Numbered from the whole stretch's first letter, positions 24,219 through 53,282 are shown. The stretch: DNA of 63,869 bases, filler included, from Reclinomonas americana ATCC 50394 (GCA_048213135.1; 6 parts of 5 records of this genome joined end to end with filler, not necessarily neighbours in it); one strand, 5' to 3'. Made by a program: numbers and translations. Notes: a model not told the origin generated them from the letters alone.

Positions 24219-26238
24219 CTAGTGCTGCGACAGCGGTGTTCGTGAGCCACCGGCGTAGCTCGGCGACGGAGCACCGTACGCCGATCGGTCCGTCAGTGGT
24301 GGTCGCTCCTCGTACTGTGGACTGCTGACCAATCGCGTGGCACTTATCCGCTGCCCGAGAGCACTGGGGGTCGATGGACCATTGGTGGCGACCATGACGG
24401 TATTGGGTCCGAGTTGCCTCGAGTGCATGTAGTGCGGCGAGTGCGACATGGGTGGCTGTGGTGAGCCACGCAGCGCAATGTCGGTGATTGGTGCGGGCGG
24501 CGGCGGCGGAAGTGGACGGGGGAAGCGATCCGACAAGCCGGGGGTGAGCGCAGCGAATTTGCCCTGCTGCAGACGAGGTACGCGTGTGAGATGCACACAG
24601 CGCAACATGCCTGCACACAGATACACGCAGAGGTGCACATACCAGGTCAGAGTCGTCTGACGAAGACGACGAGGACGAGGCCTCGTCGTTGACGGTGCGC
24701 ACAGTAAACGCCTGCTTGCCGGCGCCCAGCACGGGCGACACGGGTGACTTGGACGACGGTCCTCGTCGCTTCCGCAGCTTCTTCATGCGTCGCAGAACGA
24801 GCCACACGACGACAATGATGAGTGCCACTCCCAGTGTCAGGCCGACCGTCAGACCGACAATCTGGCGACAACGGTGAGACGACGGCTGCGGCATGGACAC
24901 ACAGAACGGAGAGAGAAAACGCAACGAGACCGACGTCCGGGCCGTTGTTGGTGGTGTTGGTGGTGCCGTTTGTCGACGGTGGAGCCGAGTTGATGGTCAG
25001 CACGCCACCGCTGACGGCCACCGGCGCTGTCGTGCCGGCAAAGCGAATGCACAGCGAGTACGAGCCGGCGGCCGTGACTTGTGTGGTCACGGTGAGCTGC
25101 GTGCCGCTGGAGTTGACCGAGGCCACGGTCGACGAGGCTCCGACGACGCTGGTGTCGGAGCACGCGTTGGTCGACAGCACAATGGTGACGCGATCGGACG
25201 TCGACAGTCCACTGCCGGTGATGGTGACGGCGGTGGTGGCGGTGGTCGACACGGTGAAGGCACGCGGCGTGTACGAAAAAGTTTGCCGCGCAGGTGCTGT
25301 CGGTGTGCACAACAAAAAGTGAGGTGGCTGGGGAGTGTACACAAGCGGCGCGGTGTCATCGCAACTGGTGGTGGTCAGCAGGCCGCCCGACACCTGCTGC
25401 ACACTGGTGGTGCCAGTGAACTGAATGCACAGCTTCAGAGTTCCCACCGTGGTGACACTGGCCGAGAACGACAACAGCGTGCCATTGGAGCTGGCCACAC
25501 GCGCTCCAATCGCCACACCCGAGGCATTGGAGCCGGAGCAGGCATTGGTCGATGACACCGCCGTAATGATATCAGTCGACAGCAATCCCGTGCCCGTAAT
25601 CGTAATACTCGTCGCCACATCGCCGCTCTCCATCGACGTTGGCGAGAACGCCGTCGTCGAGGTCGGCGCTCCCGCTTGCACCGTCAGGAACGTGGTCGTC
25701 ACCTGTTACACCAGCATCAGCAACGAATCATGCTTGTGTCGGACGCAGGAGGATTCGCCGAGCTCACCGCCTGCGAGGAGACCTGCCCATTGAACCGAAT
25801 GCAGATCTTATACGTGGCCGGACTCGTCACCGTCAGTGTCATTGTCAGCAGCGTGTTGGTCGCGTTGACAGCCGGCATGCCAACCGTCACGCCCGTCACC
25901 GATCTGCAGGCGAATAGAGTGAGCACAGAGGGTGGGGGAGAGAGCTTGCCAACATGAGCGCACCCGGCTGAAGTGCATGGCGATGTGGGATCGAGCACGG
26001 TGATCACGTCGGACGAGGTGAGGCCGGAGCCCGACACAGTGAGCGTCACACCGGGCGCACCCGATCCCATGGTTGTGGGGGTGAAACCCGATGTTGATTG
26101 TGCATGAGCTGAGCATCAGTGAGCGTCAATGAGAGTCAGAGAGAGCGAGTCAGAGAAGAGATAGAGCGCGCGCTCACCACTCGTCGCGACGACGACAATG
26201 AGGATGGTGACAAGGATCCACCACGCAGATCGTCTCAT
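24219..26238 (-). CDS. Type I membrane protein with three IPT/TIG-like Ig repeats and a Pro/Ser-rich cytoplasmic tail
   Basis: Signal peptide MRRSAWWILVTILIVVVA; three ~100-aa repeats (F.P......T.T..G.GL...D.I.....C...C I.F); TM IVGLTVGLTLGVALIIVVVWLVL followed by RRMKKLRKRR. Confidence 0.78.
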
Positions 26239-26363
26239 CGTTCGTGTGTGAGTGAGAGGGAAAGCGAGAGAGTGAGTGATAGTTGCGCGACTCCTGCGTG
26301 CGTGTGAGCAAAGGTGTGGAGAGAGCGAGTGAAGCAAAGGAAGATCTTCCGGGGCGCGAAATT

Positions 26364-39231
<12,868 letters not shown>

Positions 39232-39335
39232 GCTCGACGGCAGTCTAGCAAACAGTGATGGGGTGGGACATCTGATGGCATGACATTTAACAAGTACATT
39301 TTTTCTCTCTCACGGCTTCTCTCGCGGCAGAGCGT

Positions 39336-41011
39336 TCAGTGGGGCGGTGAGGGTGGCATCCGCTTAATGTACTCGTCACGAAGCATCTGCGGCAGGGAGG
39401 CATGGGTGATACAAGCGACAACGCAGTACTTCTTGCGGAAGTCGGTCACGAACCTGGAGAGCGTCGCGTCGGAGCTGAATCGACCACACTTGCTGTACAA
39501 ACGCATCGTCGTCAACGTGGGCAATGAGCTCCGCCACGTTGGCGAGTCGTGGTAGGAACACGTCTTGTGGATTGCCGAGGATAAAATCTGCACGGCGAAG
39601 TTAGTCATAGCCTGTGCCACTCCGTCTCGCTGCGGGCGCTTTTTCTCTCACCGTGCCCGATTCGCATAATGGCGAGTGTCACCTGGAAGAACACAGTCCA
39701 CCCTCCGTAGAAGAACAAGTCCCATATGCGCATGCACAAGCCAAAGGGAATGTTGGTGGCGGTGAAGAGAGACAGGATCCAGCGCGACATGTACGTCGCC
39801 GGATCGGTGAAGTGTGTCTCCTGTCGCAAGAGTGAGCCACCGCAAACACACACACATCTATATCGATACACGTACCATGTGGGCCGCCAGGTCCGGAAAC
39901 ACAATGGAGAGCAATCGCTGGAACTGGTGGAAACGCACCAGCAGGCCAGGCATGCCACTGACAAACAGCTCACGCATGCAGTAGCGGCCCATGAGCTGCG
40001 TCAGAGCCCAAAACGCATCCTCCTCCGGCAAGTAGATCAGCAACGTGCCGGCTATGAAGGCCATGCCCTGCGTGTAGCCGAGCTTCGGATCGTACGAGGC
40101 ATACGCGCGCAACACTCGCGACAGAGCGCGAACCCTGCACCAATGCTCAGCTCGGAGGCACCAGCTAAGAAGCGCAGACGAAGATGGAGAACGTACCCTT
40201 CGCCATCCTTCTTCAGGTACAGCTCGTGGCACGGCAGTGTTCTCGTCACATCCTTTTCGATCTTGTCTTCATAGCCCGTCTCCAGCGCGCACAGTTTCTG
40301 CGGTGTGCTCATACGTGATCAGAATCGGCGCACTGTACCATCGCTCTCTCAGGCACCCAACCTCATACAAGCCAGTCTTTCGCTGACTTAACGACGCCAC
40401 ATCCAGCATGTGCGTCCACACCAGTCGCCTGTGGTGGTTCGGCACTCCAATCTCCCACACCAAACGCCCCAATTCGCGCTTCCCCGACGCACTCAGTGGC
40501 TGCGTCCAGTCGCGCGTCTCCACAATCAAGCGCTCCCATGCCTCGCCCAGTCGTTGCCGCGCAGGCACCGGCGATGGCGTCGATGACTGTGTGTGTATGA
40601 GTGAATGAGAGCTCTCACTCGCACCCTCGCGCGCGCGCGCTGAGTCGACTGACTCACCCCTGCTGCCACTCGTGACTCTGGCGCGCTGCGTGGTGCCAGC
40701 GAGGGCTTGGCCTTGCGCGCACCCTCCTCTGTGGCCTCCACAGAGACCACCACCACTGTGGAGTCGACCTCGTCGCCACTGTCGCTGTCGGCGGCGAGGC
40801 CTCCCGAGGAGGAGCCAGAGGCCGGGAGAGAGGAGGATTGCTCGAGGGAGGCAGCAGCGTCGAGGCTCGATGCCGAGGCCGAAGAGGAGCTGGCGCGCGC
40901 CACTGCGCTCTCAAAGTTGGGCGCGCCCGACATTCCGCGCGCGCTCAGCAGGAAGCCGTACTCGTCAAAGAGCGGCGGGGGAGAGGCACATGAGGAGCCG
41001 CCCGTGGACAT
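39336..41011 (-). CDS. TBC-domain Rab GAP
   Basis: FDEYGF, GVPNHHRRLVW, IEKDVTRTLP (Arg finger), GYTQGMAFI (Gln finger), EEDAFW, WILSLF, RIWDLFF. Confidence 0.92.
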
Positions 41012-41113
41012 GAGTGCGGCGATCGATGCTCTTCTCTCCTCTTTGCTGCTCAAACAAACTGTATGTCGATCGATCGACCGCAGCGATCTTCACTTGCGAT
41101 GCCCAACGATCGA

Positions 41114-44100
41114 TCAGTGCTGTCGCGCCTGGTACATGAGCTGCGTCATCTTGGCCGGCAACAGCTGCGCCATCTGCTGGACTCCGCTGAGGTGCGGCTG
41201 GAACTCGGCCGGGCAGGCGTGTCGTCGGGTGTACTCGACGATCCATTCGTAGTGCGCCAGCGACATTCGAGTGAATTGCATGTCCTGGCGAGGGTCGTCG
41301 CCGACCATGTCGTGGAATCTAGTGGGGGAGGTTGTGAGTGGCACTGGCGTAAAGGAGATGGGGAGGGAGAAGAGGACGCAACACACGGCCGAGAAAGTAG
41401 TGCGCCATCAACACGGAATCGGCGTAGGATTCGTTGATCTTGACCGAGGGTTCCTTGTTTTCGCGGAACGAGTCGAGGAACGCCGTAAAGTGCTTGACGG
41501 ACGATGCGCCACTGCCCATCCATCCATCCACCAACAATCAACATCCACAAGCAGACGGAAAAGCAAGAAGGGGAAAAACAACAAACGCTTTGTTGGCACG
41601 CCCAATGTGACTGGTCTCCTGCGTCTCGGCAGCCTGCTGCAGCCGCAGATTCTGGATCTGGTTGAACACGTCGCCCAGCTCAAAGTGCATCTGCCGCGTC
41701 TGCACCACGTAATGCATGGGCGATATGTCGCCGACCACGGGCTCCAGCAGCTCACACCGACGTTGCATCATGGCTCTGCCAGCGCAATGAGATGCAAAAT
41801 AGAGCGCGGCGAGGCAGCGCAGACGACACACGGTACCTCTTTCGATTGACGTCGGGCTCGAAGAACGACAGTTCGCGATACAAGCACGAAATGTCGCGCA
41901 GAATGTCGACATGCTCCGTGACGTAGCCATCGAGGAGGTAGAAATCGAGTGCCTTTTGGTAGTGCAACAGCGCGTGCTTGAAGAGCTCCTTGAGCTGCAT
42001 GCGATGCCAGAGAGGGAGAAGTAAGACAAGAGAGTGGAGCGAGAGTGCGGTGCTTGACCGACCTCTTCGTAGGTTCCACACGGGAGCAACGTCGGCAACT
42101 CCGACTGCGGCACACCGGGGAAGCGCAGTGCTGCAGGGTAGAGGTCCTCGAGAGAGCCCTGCACATTGACGAACGTCATGAGCGTCGACTCGTCGGTTCT
42201 CACGGCATGGCACACACACACAGTACCTCTTCTGTCGGACTGCGGTACTGCTCCTCTTCCAGAGTGTCCTCATCGGCACGACGGCGCGCCAATCGCAGAC
42301 GCTCCAGCGACAACTTGGCCCAGGCTGCGCGACGCATTGGTGAGTACAAGTGAAACTACCAGCGCAGGTAGGATAGAATCTTGGCACGCAACCCAAATCG
42401 ACATTCGCCAGACCCTGTTTCCACTCCACAATCTCGGTCTCGCCAGCAGAGGTACCCGGCGGCAAGGCTGCATGGAATAGAGCAACAGCAGTGAGTCGTT
42501 CGCACAGACCTACTCGCAGAAATACATACACACACCGGGTGACGCTGCGGCGGCGGCAGCGGCGGCGGCAGCCTCATCCAGCACCGGCGGCTCGAACCCG
42601 TTCCAGCCCCAGTAGCCCTTCATCATGAGGCCGGCACACATGACGCACAGCGATGCCAGATGCCACTTGCCGCGATCCAGATATGTCGTACTCAGCTGCA
42701 CCGCATTCTCTGACCAATCCTGCGCGCTCCATGGGTGAGAACAAGATACGAGCTCGTGCGCACACACGCTCATCGACGCACCAGCGGCTTGAATGATTGA
42801 TGCAGGATTTGGCGCGCTAGCGTCTGGTGAATGAAGGTCGCCGACTTGTCGCGCTCACCCATGCCGCCGTATACTTGCGCGAGGTAGTAGAGCGTCATGG
42901 TGTGCTGAATCTCCAGTGCCATAGTGCGGTCCTCGGTGCCGGCTGCCGCGTGTTGCACCTGCCCAGTGCTGTGCATGTAGTACAACTCCTCGGCGCCGCG
43001 CAAGTACTGCAGGGCCTTCTTCGGGTGACCGCGCTCGGCCCACAGAACGCCGAACCGGTTCAGTAGTGCCTGCACCCAGTCGACCACATTCGGTGCTCCC
43101 TCCTTGCTGGCACCACGGCGGTACGCCGGTCCCGCATTCACAATGATGCCGCCTCCACGCTTCACGTTGCGCGCACCGCCGCCTTCGTGCCGGAACACCG
43201 AGGCCGACGTGCCACCCGCCGACAGGTGCACCTCCACGTCTTTCTGCGGCGGTTCAACAATGCTGCGCGAACGAGATCAGCGCGGCCACTTGCGTCAACA
43301 GGTTACTCCACGCACCACTACGCACCCTTCTTCACGCCCATCAAACGGATTCGTATCCTGTCGCAGCAGCTGCAGAACGGCATCAATCACACGCCTCTCC
43401 TCTTCGAGTTCCTCCTGCTGCAATCGCTCCAGTCGCTGCTCGTCTGTCTCCTCCGGTGGCGTCACTGTGCGTCGCACGTGAGCTGTAAGCAACGCACTCG
43501 CTCCACCGCAAACACACGAACGAAACCATTCATAGAAGTGACACCCGACGCCGCTCCTCCCTCGCCGCCAGCTCTCTCCGCCAGTGCCTTCTCCGCCAAG
43601 GCCACCACTCGTGCTGCCTCACGCTCTCGTTCTCGGTCCTCGGCCGACGGTGGCGGTGGCAGACCGCGCAGCACCGCAAGTGTCTCCTCGAATTGCCTGT
43701 CGTGCACAGCGATGGTCAGCTGCGCGCCCTCCCAGGCACGTAAATAGGGGCCAGACGCAACCTCTGCCCAAAGCCATTCTCTTCGGTCTCCACAAAGTTG
43801 AGGCCGAGTCGAAACTTCAAGAACGCCATGGTGCGGCACACACTCTGCGCATAGCACATGTCAGCCGTGTGACACCCTCGTTGCAGCACCCGCGGTCACG
43901 CGGGTGCTTACCTGCGGCACTCGACCCTCGGTCTCCTGCAGCGTAAAGCGGAACTCGTCGGACTTGAGATGCTCCAGCACCAGCTGCACGGCCTCTTTCT
44001 GCTCAAACTCACGAGTTGAGAAGACAACTCCCACGAGACACACACACGCACGCAGGCAAGAGCACACCAGCATCTCTCGCTCCTTGTAGCGATGACTGAA

Positions 44101-44940
44101 GATGTTCTTGGCGCGCGTCTTGCTCTCACGTATCGCGGCCTCGTCTTCAGTCTCATCCGGAGGACCCTTGGCCACAATCATCAGTCACCTCTCACACAGC
44201 ACATCACCCTCGCTGTCCTCACCTCCTCCTCTGGCACTCGATCCTCCTCTAACGGACCAGCCTGCACAACGGCCTGCGCTCGCTCCAGAATCGCATCCAC
44301 TTGGCGGCAAACGTGATCCCACTCACTTGCGTCATCCCCTTCATCATCATCGCCCTCCACGTCATCATCATCATGCACAGTCTCAATCACAGGCGCAGAG
44401 GCACTTTCATCGTCTTCAACTGCAGCAGCCGCAGCAGCTGCTGGTGGTAATGAGGAGGAGGCGGCGTCTGAGGCCGGTTGCTCAATGAGCACTTGTTCCA
44501 CGCTCACGCATGCAGGTGCTTCTGTGGAGTGCACAGAGTTCAGTGGATGTGCGTGCAATACACATATGCACGCGAGGTGGAGAACCTTCTGCTGCTTCCA
44601 TGAGATGCCGGCCGGCTGTGACAGAGAGACGTCCTCGTGGGACACTCGGCGACAACTCGATCGAGAGGGAAGGCCAGCTGGCTGCGGGCAGGCACACAGA
44701 CAGAGAGAGCATTGCGGGAGAGGCCCGCGGTTGGCGGAGTGTCGTGGTCACGAACCACACATCACAGTCAAAAACGCGATTCATCTCGTCAACGTCAACG
44801 TCCATTCCGCAGCTGCCGGCCGCCTGTACCAACCCCCACATACACTCACACACATCTCGGTGTATTAATAAAACCTGCACTGGGTGCACACCCCCCACCA
44901 CCGCCACGTGGCATTCCCCTCCGCACGTCGACGACGTCAT
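41114..44940 (-). CDS. KIFBP: KIF-binding protein (KIFBP/KBP); start codon uncertain
   Basis: FRLGLNFVETEE, LNRFGVLWAERG, HTMTLYYLAQVY..SATFIHQTLARQ, DWSENAVQLS, ALDFYLLDGYVTEHVDILRDIS.LY..LSFFE, QLLPAKM follow the KBP motif order as I recall it. Confidence 0.88.
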
Positions 44941-45047
44941 TGGCGGTCGTTAATGTCCTCCGACATCGCCACGCACACAACCGTGTGTGTGTGTGCACAG
45001 CGTCTCTTTCTGTCCCCAGTCGAACTGTACCATACCACAGCTCAACC

Positions 45048-45272
45048 ATGGACCTCGGGCGTCTGCTCGAGAGTCAGGAGTTTCTGGAGCTGGCCGACCG
45101 AGTTGCCGCGCACTGTGATCCTCACCGCCACCATGTCGCGCCCTCTTCCGCGCCCTCTCCCGCCGCGCCTGTGAGCAGCAGCCGGGCACCACCGGCCACA
45201 GCAGCAGCGCCACCCGCACCACCGCGATCACACCAGCGCGGCGCGAGCAGCAGTGTCTTGCAGCGCTCGGCA
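45048..45272 (+). CDS. 5' fragment of an unknown gene, divergent from KIFBP and truncated by a linker
   Basis: ATG followed by MDLGRLLESQEFLELADRVAAH and a Pro/Ala-rich stretch open to the gap. Confidence 0.45.
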
Positions 45273-45834
45273 NNNNNNNNNNNNNNNNNNNNNNNNNNNN
45301 NNNNNNNNNNNNNNNNTTAATTAATTAANNNNNNNNNNNNNNNNNNNNNNNNNNNNNNNNNNNNNNNNNNNNCTTTCCAGCAACATCTGCGTCCGCGACC
45401 ACCTCCATCACCAGTGCATTCGGAAGATGGTGAACAGCACCATTTAGAACCGTTTATCCACTCGCAGCAATACAAGGTCCGTGCGTCGTACGACCCACAA
45501 GATGGAAGCGCTGTTCTGCTTACCGTTCGCCGTCCGCAGTACGTTCTTGAAGTCTTGAAGATGCCGGCGAATGCAAAATCGCGGGGTGAAGTCACCTTGA
45601 TTGTAGCCGGCAGCGACAAGCATGAGCCGTTGCTGAGGTTTGTGAAGAAACCGACCACGTGGTGACAGCGAACCGCTAGGTTTCCTCACCAACGACCTGT
45701 NNNNNNNNNNNNNNNNNNNNNNNNNNNNNNNNNNNNNNNNNNNNNNNNNNNNNNNNNNNNNNNNNNNNNNNNNNNNNNNNNNNNNNNNNNNNNNNNNNNN
45801 NNNNNNNNNNNNNNNNNNNNNNNNNNNNNNNNNN

Positions 45835-47929
45835 GAAACAGAGAGCTGTTGAGGCGCTTCAAGGACTGTATCGAATGGCGCCGAGACGATGGCTTCCAAC
45901 CACTTCATGTGGCAACTGCATCCTCGGCACATCAGGTAGCGTTGGCACTCTTTATTCTCTCCATCTCACGCCTCTCTGCCTACAATGACGACGTGCGTGC
46001 AGTGTGTGGCAACACTGCTCGAGTTTGGTGCAAATGTCGACGCTGAAGATGCTCAGGGCGATACACCAGTATCGTTCTCGGTCGAGCTGGGCGACGAGCG
46101 AATGTTTGAAATGCTCTCTGCCAGAAGTGCGTGTTTGTCGAGTGACTGACCGCACAGTTGTCTTCACGACTACTCATGGTGATGTACCGGCACACAGGTC
46201 AGCGTCTGTACGAACGTGACAAATCTCACGAAACGCTGCTTCATGAAGCTGTGGCTTCGGGCAGCCTTGGAATCGTGCGACAGCTTCTGAGTGGATTCAA
46301 ACGAAGCGAAAGTTTCAAGACAGTTCACGACTTTGTGATGGCGGGCGATGAGGACAACGTGACAGTATTGCACTCGGCCATGTATGCGGCGTTGCGTAGT
46401 TCGTTGCAGTTGTGTGCGTGCTCGCTGACGATTGCTGACCGATGTGCTGAGGGCGCAGGCGGACGCTAAAGGTGAATAGCGGGCGCACACATCGACTAAC
46501 CGAGGCTCCACTGTCCCCGCGCAGCCGACAGTCACTGTCTGTGCGATCTGGATCTCCGCTCTCGTCGCCCTTGGACGACTCAATGACCAGTGAGGACACT
46601 GACGGTGAGTGCGCAGCTCGCTCTGTTGTCCCCAAAATTGCTCACAACACTGGTATAGGTGCTGAAGGACTGTACAAGGTGGACGTGGATCCTCCGCAAC
46701 CCGCAGATGTCGAAAGGCAGATAGAACTGTTGCGCGCTCTGTGGACAGGTGGACGATGTGGACCGACAGATGTGAGTCCACAGCCCCGATCCACACTTGT
46801 TTGTCTTTCACAAGCGCAGATACTGATACAGTGCTCGTGTCTTCTTGTCCCTCCGTGTGTAATAGCTGTTGCGTGCCGATAACAGCGGCAGTCTGCCTAT
46901 CCACTACGCAGCCAAGGCAGGCGATGCAGCTTCTGTGGAGTTCATGCTGGTCACGGGGCAACTGAACCCCGATGTGCGCATGATTGAGCCGGCAAGAGTC
47001 GGGGCGACTCCGCTGGGCATCGCGGCTGCGTCGCGACACGCAGAAGTCGTGCATGTGCTACTGCGGAATCGTGCTGGCGTGGATGTGCCGGATGCCTTGG
47101 GTAGACGTCCCTTGTACCTGGCGTGCAAGTCTGGTGCGTCTGCCATATGCTCGCTGTGAGGTTGAGCTGCCTGCCTGTCTCATGTCCGTGCGCGTGTGCA
47201 GGAGCAATTGAGTGCGTGCGATTGTTGCTCGAGGCCGGTGCCGCAATTGACGAGATCGTGTCTCTGAAGAAAGGCGGACAGTTGACGGCAGTCGATGCCT
47301 GTGTGGAAAGCCGGCATCCGAACGAGGCCAACGAGTGCCTCGAGTTGATGCTGAGGCAAGGTGAGATGCGAAGTGCGAGAGAGTTACGTGCTCAAACTCA
47401 ATTAGCGAGTGTTTTTCTTTTGGTATTACAAGGTGTACCACCAAGCATTTGGGCCCGAGTCATGCATGCCGACACTGGAAAAATCGCTGAAGACGTTAAG
47501 AGGACGGTGCTCTACCCCCGGGAAGGTGCACATGATCTTGTGAACGAGATTGAGGTACGTGGCTGTGTTGTACGCATGTGTATATTGCGACGGCTAATCA
47601 GATAGGCCCAGGCGAGATCCCAGCCGGCACCGGCTGAAGCCCAGGCGGCACCGACTGAAGCTCAGGCGGCACCGGCTGAAGCTCAGGCGGCACCGACTGA
47701 AGCCCAGCCAGCACCGGTGATACCCCCGCCGGCTCCACCTTGCCCAACAGAGCCGGATTCGGACCGCTCGATTGCGGTGATAGTCGACAACTACTACTGG
47801 TGGTTTGTCCTGTTGTCTATCCTCACCATCATTCTTGCGTTGGTACTTTTTGCGTGTCGGCCATACATTCGCGGGTACACCTCCGCAGTCGTTCCAGACA
47901 CTTTTTTGCCACCAAATTATGACACTTGA
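45835..47929 (+). CDS. Ankyrin-repeat protein with C-terminal TM anchor (5' partial)
   Basis: GFQPLHVAT, ETLLHEAV, TVLHSAM, GSLPIHYAA, GATPLGIAA, GRRPLYLAC; C-terminal WWFVLLSILTIILALVLFA. Confidence 0.8.
47626..47716 (+). repeat. Coding 21-bp tandem repeat (~4 copies, AQAAP(A/T)E)
   Basis: Units gcccaggcggcaccgactgaa / gctcaggcggcaccggctgaa. Confidence 0.8.
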
Positions 47930-48115
47930 CCGTGCGTACCCTATAGTGATTCTTTATCTCGTGAGGGTGAGGAAGAACTCGTTGCTGTGGTTATCACGGA
48001 CACGAACATTTCTTCTTCATTCTTTTGGTGCGGTGGTTTTTTTACCTTCTGTTTTTTGTGCGTGTGGGAGGGTGTAATGATCTGTCGTGTAAAGCACAAA
48101 ATGTGAAATGCGGTC

Positions 48116-50103
<1,988 letters not shown>

Positions 50104-50616
50104 CTACACGGAAGAGACACGCACACACAGATCACACACAAACGCACTCGCATGTGAGAAAGCAGAGGGGCGCAACAACAANNNNNNNNNNNNNNNNNNN
50201 NNNNNNNNNNNNNNNNNNNNNNNNNNNNNNNNNNNNNNNNNNNNNNNNNNNNNNNNNNNNNNNNNNNNNNNNNNNNNNNNNNNNNNNNNNNNNNNNNNNN
50301 NNNNNNNNNNNNNNNNNNNNNNNNNNNNNNNNNNNNNNNNNNNNNNNNNNNNNNNNNNNNNNNNNNNNNNNNNNNNNNNNNNNNNNNNNNNNNNNNNNNN
50401 NNNNNNNNNNNTCTCTCTGCTTCCTCTCTTCTCTTCTCTCCGTCCCCTCTAACTCTCTTCTCTCTCCTTCCTCTCTCACTCCCATCTTATTCATCTCTTC
50501 TCTCCTCCCTCTCTCACTCTCTTCTCTCTCATTCATCTCCCATCCCTCCTCCTACTCTGCTGCCCCTTCTCCCTTTATCCCCTTCCCCCCTCTCCCCCCT
50601 TCTGCGCTTACGCAAC

Positions 50617-53282
50617 CCAGCGACACCACAAAGGTGAACGGCGATGCCTCGATCGAGACACCAAACAATTGTACATCGACCAGATACCGATCGTGGCACG
50701 AGAGGTTTCCGAAAATCTCAAAAATGCCATTATTGCGCGGCTTGACGCCCGCCGAATCGCCCTCGGCCAGCGGACCCGCCGACCGCGTCAGCTTCACCGT
50801 CACCAGCGACGGATCAATGGCCTCGACCCAGTCCTGGAAGAACATGTCGCGCACCTTGATGTGGAACGCGAACTTGCCGGCACCAATCTGCTTCCACGAA
50901 CCCGCCGGATCAGCCACCGCCTGCATCACGTACGTCGTGGCGGCGCATGGTCCGGGCTCTGTGTAGGGGGTGAGCGGGGAGGAGGAGGAGAAGGAGAAAG
51001 AAGAGAACAACGTACCAAGGAGAGCCTTCAAAAACGACGCAATCGAGCGCGTGCCCTGCGGCAACACTGGCCTCTCAAACGCCTTTTGCAGCGGCACCGT
51101 CTCGAACGCATTGTCGTCCAATCTCAGCTCGCGCAGCTGTGTTGAGCGGATCTCGCTGAAACTCTCCGGGATGGAGCGGATGAGGTTCTTGTGCATGCGG
51201 AGGTACTCCAGCGATGGCATGACGGCGATTTCCTCTGGGATTTCACTGCGCGCATGGGGGGAGAAGGTCAGCAAGAGGGGGAAGGAAATGGACAAGAGTG
51301 GGAAAGGGAGAGAGAAGGAGAGAGTGAGGGGAAGGAGGAGGGTAGGGACAGAGAAGTACAGAATGACGAGAGGACGATTTGTCTAGTGGAAATGCATCAA
51401 TATAATGGAGGGACAGAGAGAATATAGCCCTTCACCACCCTGCCGCCTCTCACAGAGAACAGAGAGAAAAGAGACAAACAACCAGTCTCCATAGTTGTTT
51501 TTCTCACTCACACAATATCACACTCGCACCACACGTACAGAGCAACCAAGCACAGTGAGTCACGTGCCGCCTGTTTTTCTCCACCATGACAGAGAGAGGC
51601 GAGAGAGCGAGAGAGAGCTCCAAGCACACGCACAGTTCGTGATTTTCCTTCCTCCGTCACTTTCTCTCTCGCAAGCAATACCCAGTACGAGACGCAGCCA
51701 CAGCGGAAATTACCTTCTTCTCTCACAAACTCAACGCACAAAGAGAAAGTGAACACAGCACACAACACAGAGAACGAGGACGCCCAAAGCACACACACAG
51801 CGGAATTATCTACACATTCTTGCTCTCACACAATATGTACAGACTGAGAGAGAAACGCACAACAAACTTAGCTCGTAAACTCTTCTTCTCTCTCGGGACA
51901 TTTTTCATCCTGCCATGTACGCGGTGCTCGGCATCCGACTACACACAGAGAGAGGAGAGAGACACACAATCCCAAACCGCTCTCAGACAATCCCCACACC
52001 ACAGGCACACAAAGAAGAGAAGGGAGAGAAACACCGCTCACGTCCTACAAATACCGTGTGCGCACTGCTCCACATCCTCCCTCCACACCATGTCTCTCAC
52101 TCACTCACGCAAACTCAAAGGCACAGAGAAGAGAGAACACAAACACCGCTCTCGGGCAATCCTGCAACACGTACGCTTGTTGCTCCACAACCTTCCATCA
52201 CAATTCACAAACAAAGACGAGAGAGAAAGGAGAGAAAGGAGAGAAAGGAGAGAGACGCACACACAAACACCACTCCTGCACTGTCTTCTCTCTGACAATA
52301 ATCACACCTTGTCATCATCTGCCCTCCTTTCACCTCCCTCCCTCTCCCTCCCCTTTCCCCCCCTTCCCCTTCCCCCCCTCCCTTCCCCTCTCCCCTGCCT
52401 CACCGAATGCGATTGCTGGACACATCAAACGTCCTCAACATCTTCAACCCCGAGATCCCCGTCGGCAGACTCGGAATCGCATTGTTGGCCAGCGACAGCG
52501 ACGTGAGCTGCGTGCACTGCAGCACACACGGCGGAAACGCCTCCAGCTCATTCATCGACAGATCCAACACCGTCAGTCCCACCGGCAACAACGTCAACGT
52601 CTTGACCTTGTTCCGCGAGAAATCCATGAACTGCAGAGCCTCCAGCTGCGAAACCCACTCGGGAATGTCCTTGATGAAGTTGTCCGCCATGCCTATTCCA
52701 TATGCTCGTCAGCGATGTCTCCTTGGTGAGATGCGCTTACACATGCAGGTAACGCAACAGAGCGACATTACAGTGCGATTGTTGCCACATCGGCTGAGCC
52801 GACTTGGCACCTGTGTGTGTGTGGCACCAGTGAGGCAATCGAACATCTCTGTCTGCGTGTGTGTGTTTGTGAGGAACGCACCTGCTCAAGGAACTCGCCC
52901 GACAAGTCCACTGTGTGTGTGTGTGTGTTGTGACAAGACACAGGGGGGAGTGTGAGAAGACGCGTGACGCCATGGCACAAACAGACACTCTTGTTTTTTT
53001 CGCTCTCTCTTTCTCACACACACTCTGAGAAGCGCACACGGACTCGGAGGAGAAGAGGAGAGAATCGGAGCAGCTCCGAGAGAGGGTGGGCGGGGCTGCG
53101 GAGAGTTGACAGAAATAACGAAATCGCCAACGAAAAGCACGCGACATCACGCGCAACAGAACCCTCACTCTCGCACGCGCACACACGCAAAGAGGCAAGG
53201 AGAGAGAAAGGCGTGCATGCTCCTCATAGAGTGCGTGAGCGACAGGGAGGGGGCACTGACCGACGCTCGCTGAGCAGCCCAT
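50617..53282 (-). CDS. LRR protein with N-terminal MGCxxS and a filamin-type Ig repeat; 3' end in gap
   Basis: MGCSAS start; LxxLxLxxN repeats (LQFMDFSRN, LTVLDLSMN, LTSLSLANN, LRELRLDDN); FHIKVRD...NNGIFEI...YLVDVQLFGVSIEASPF. Confidence 0.75.
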
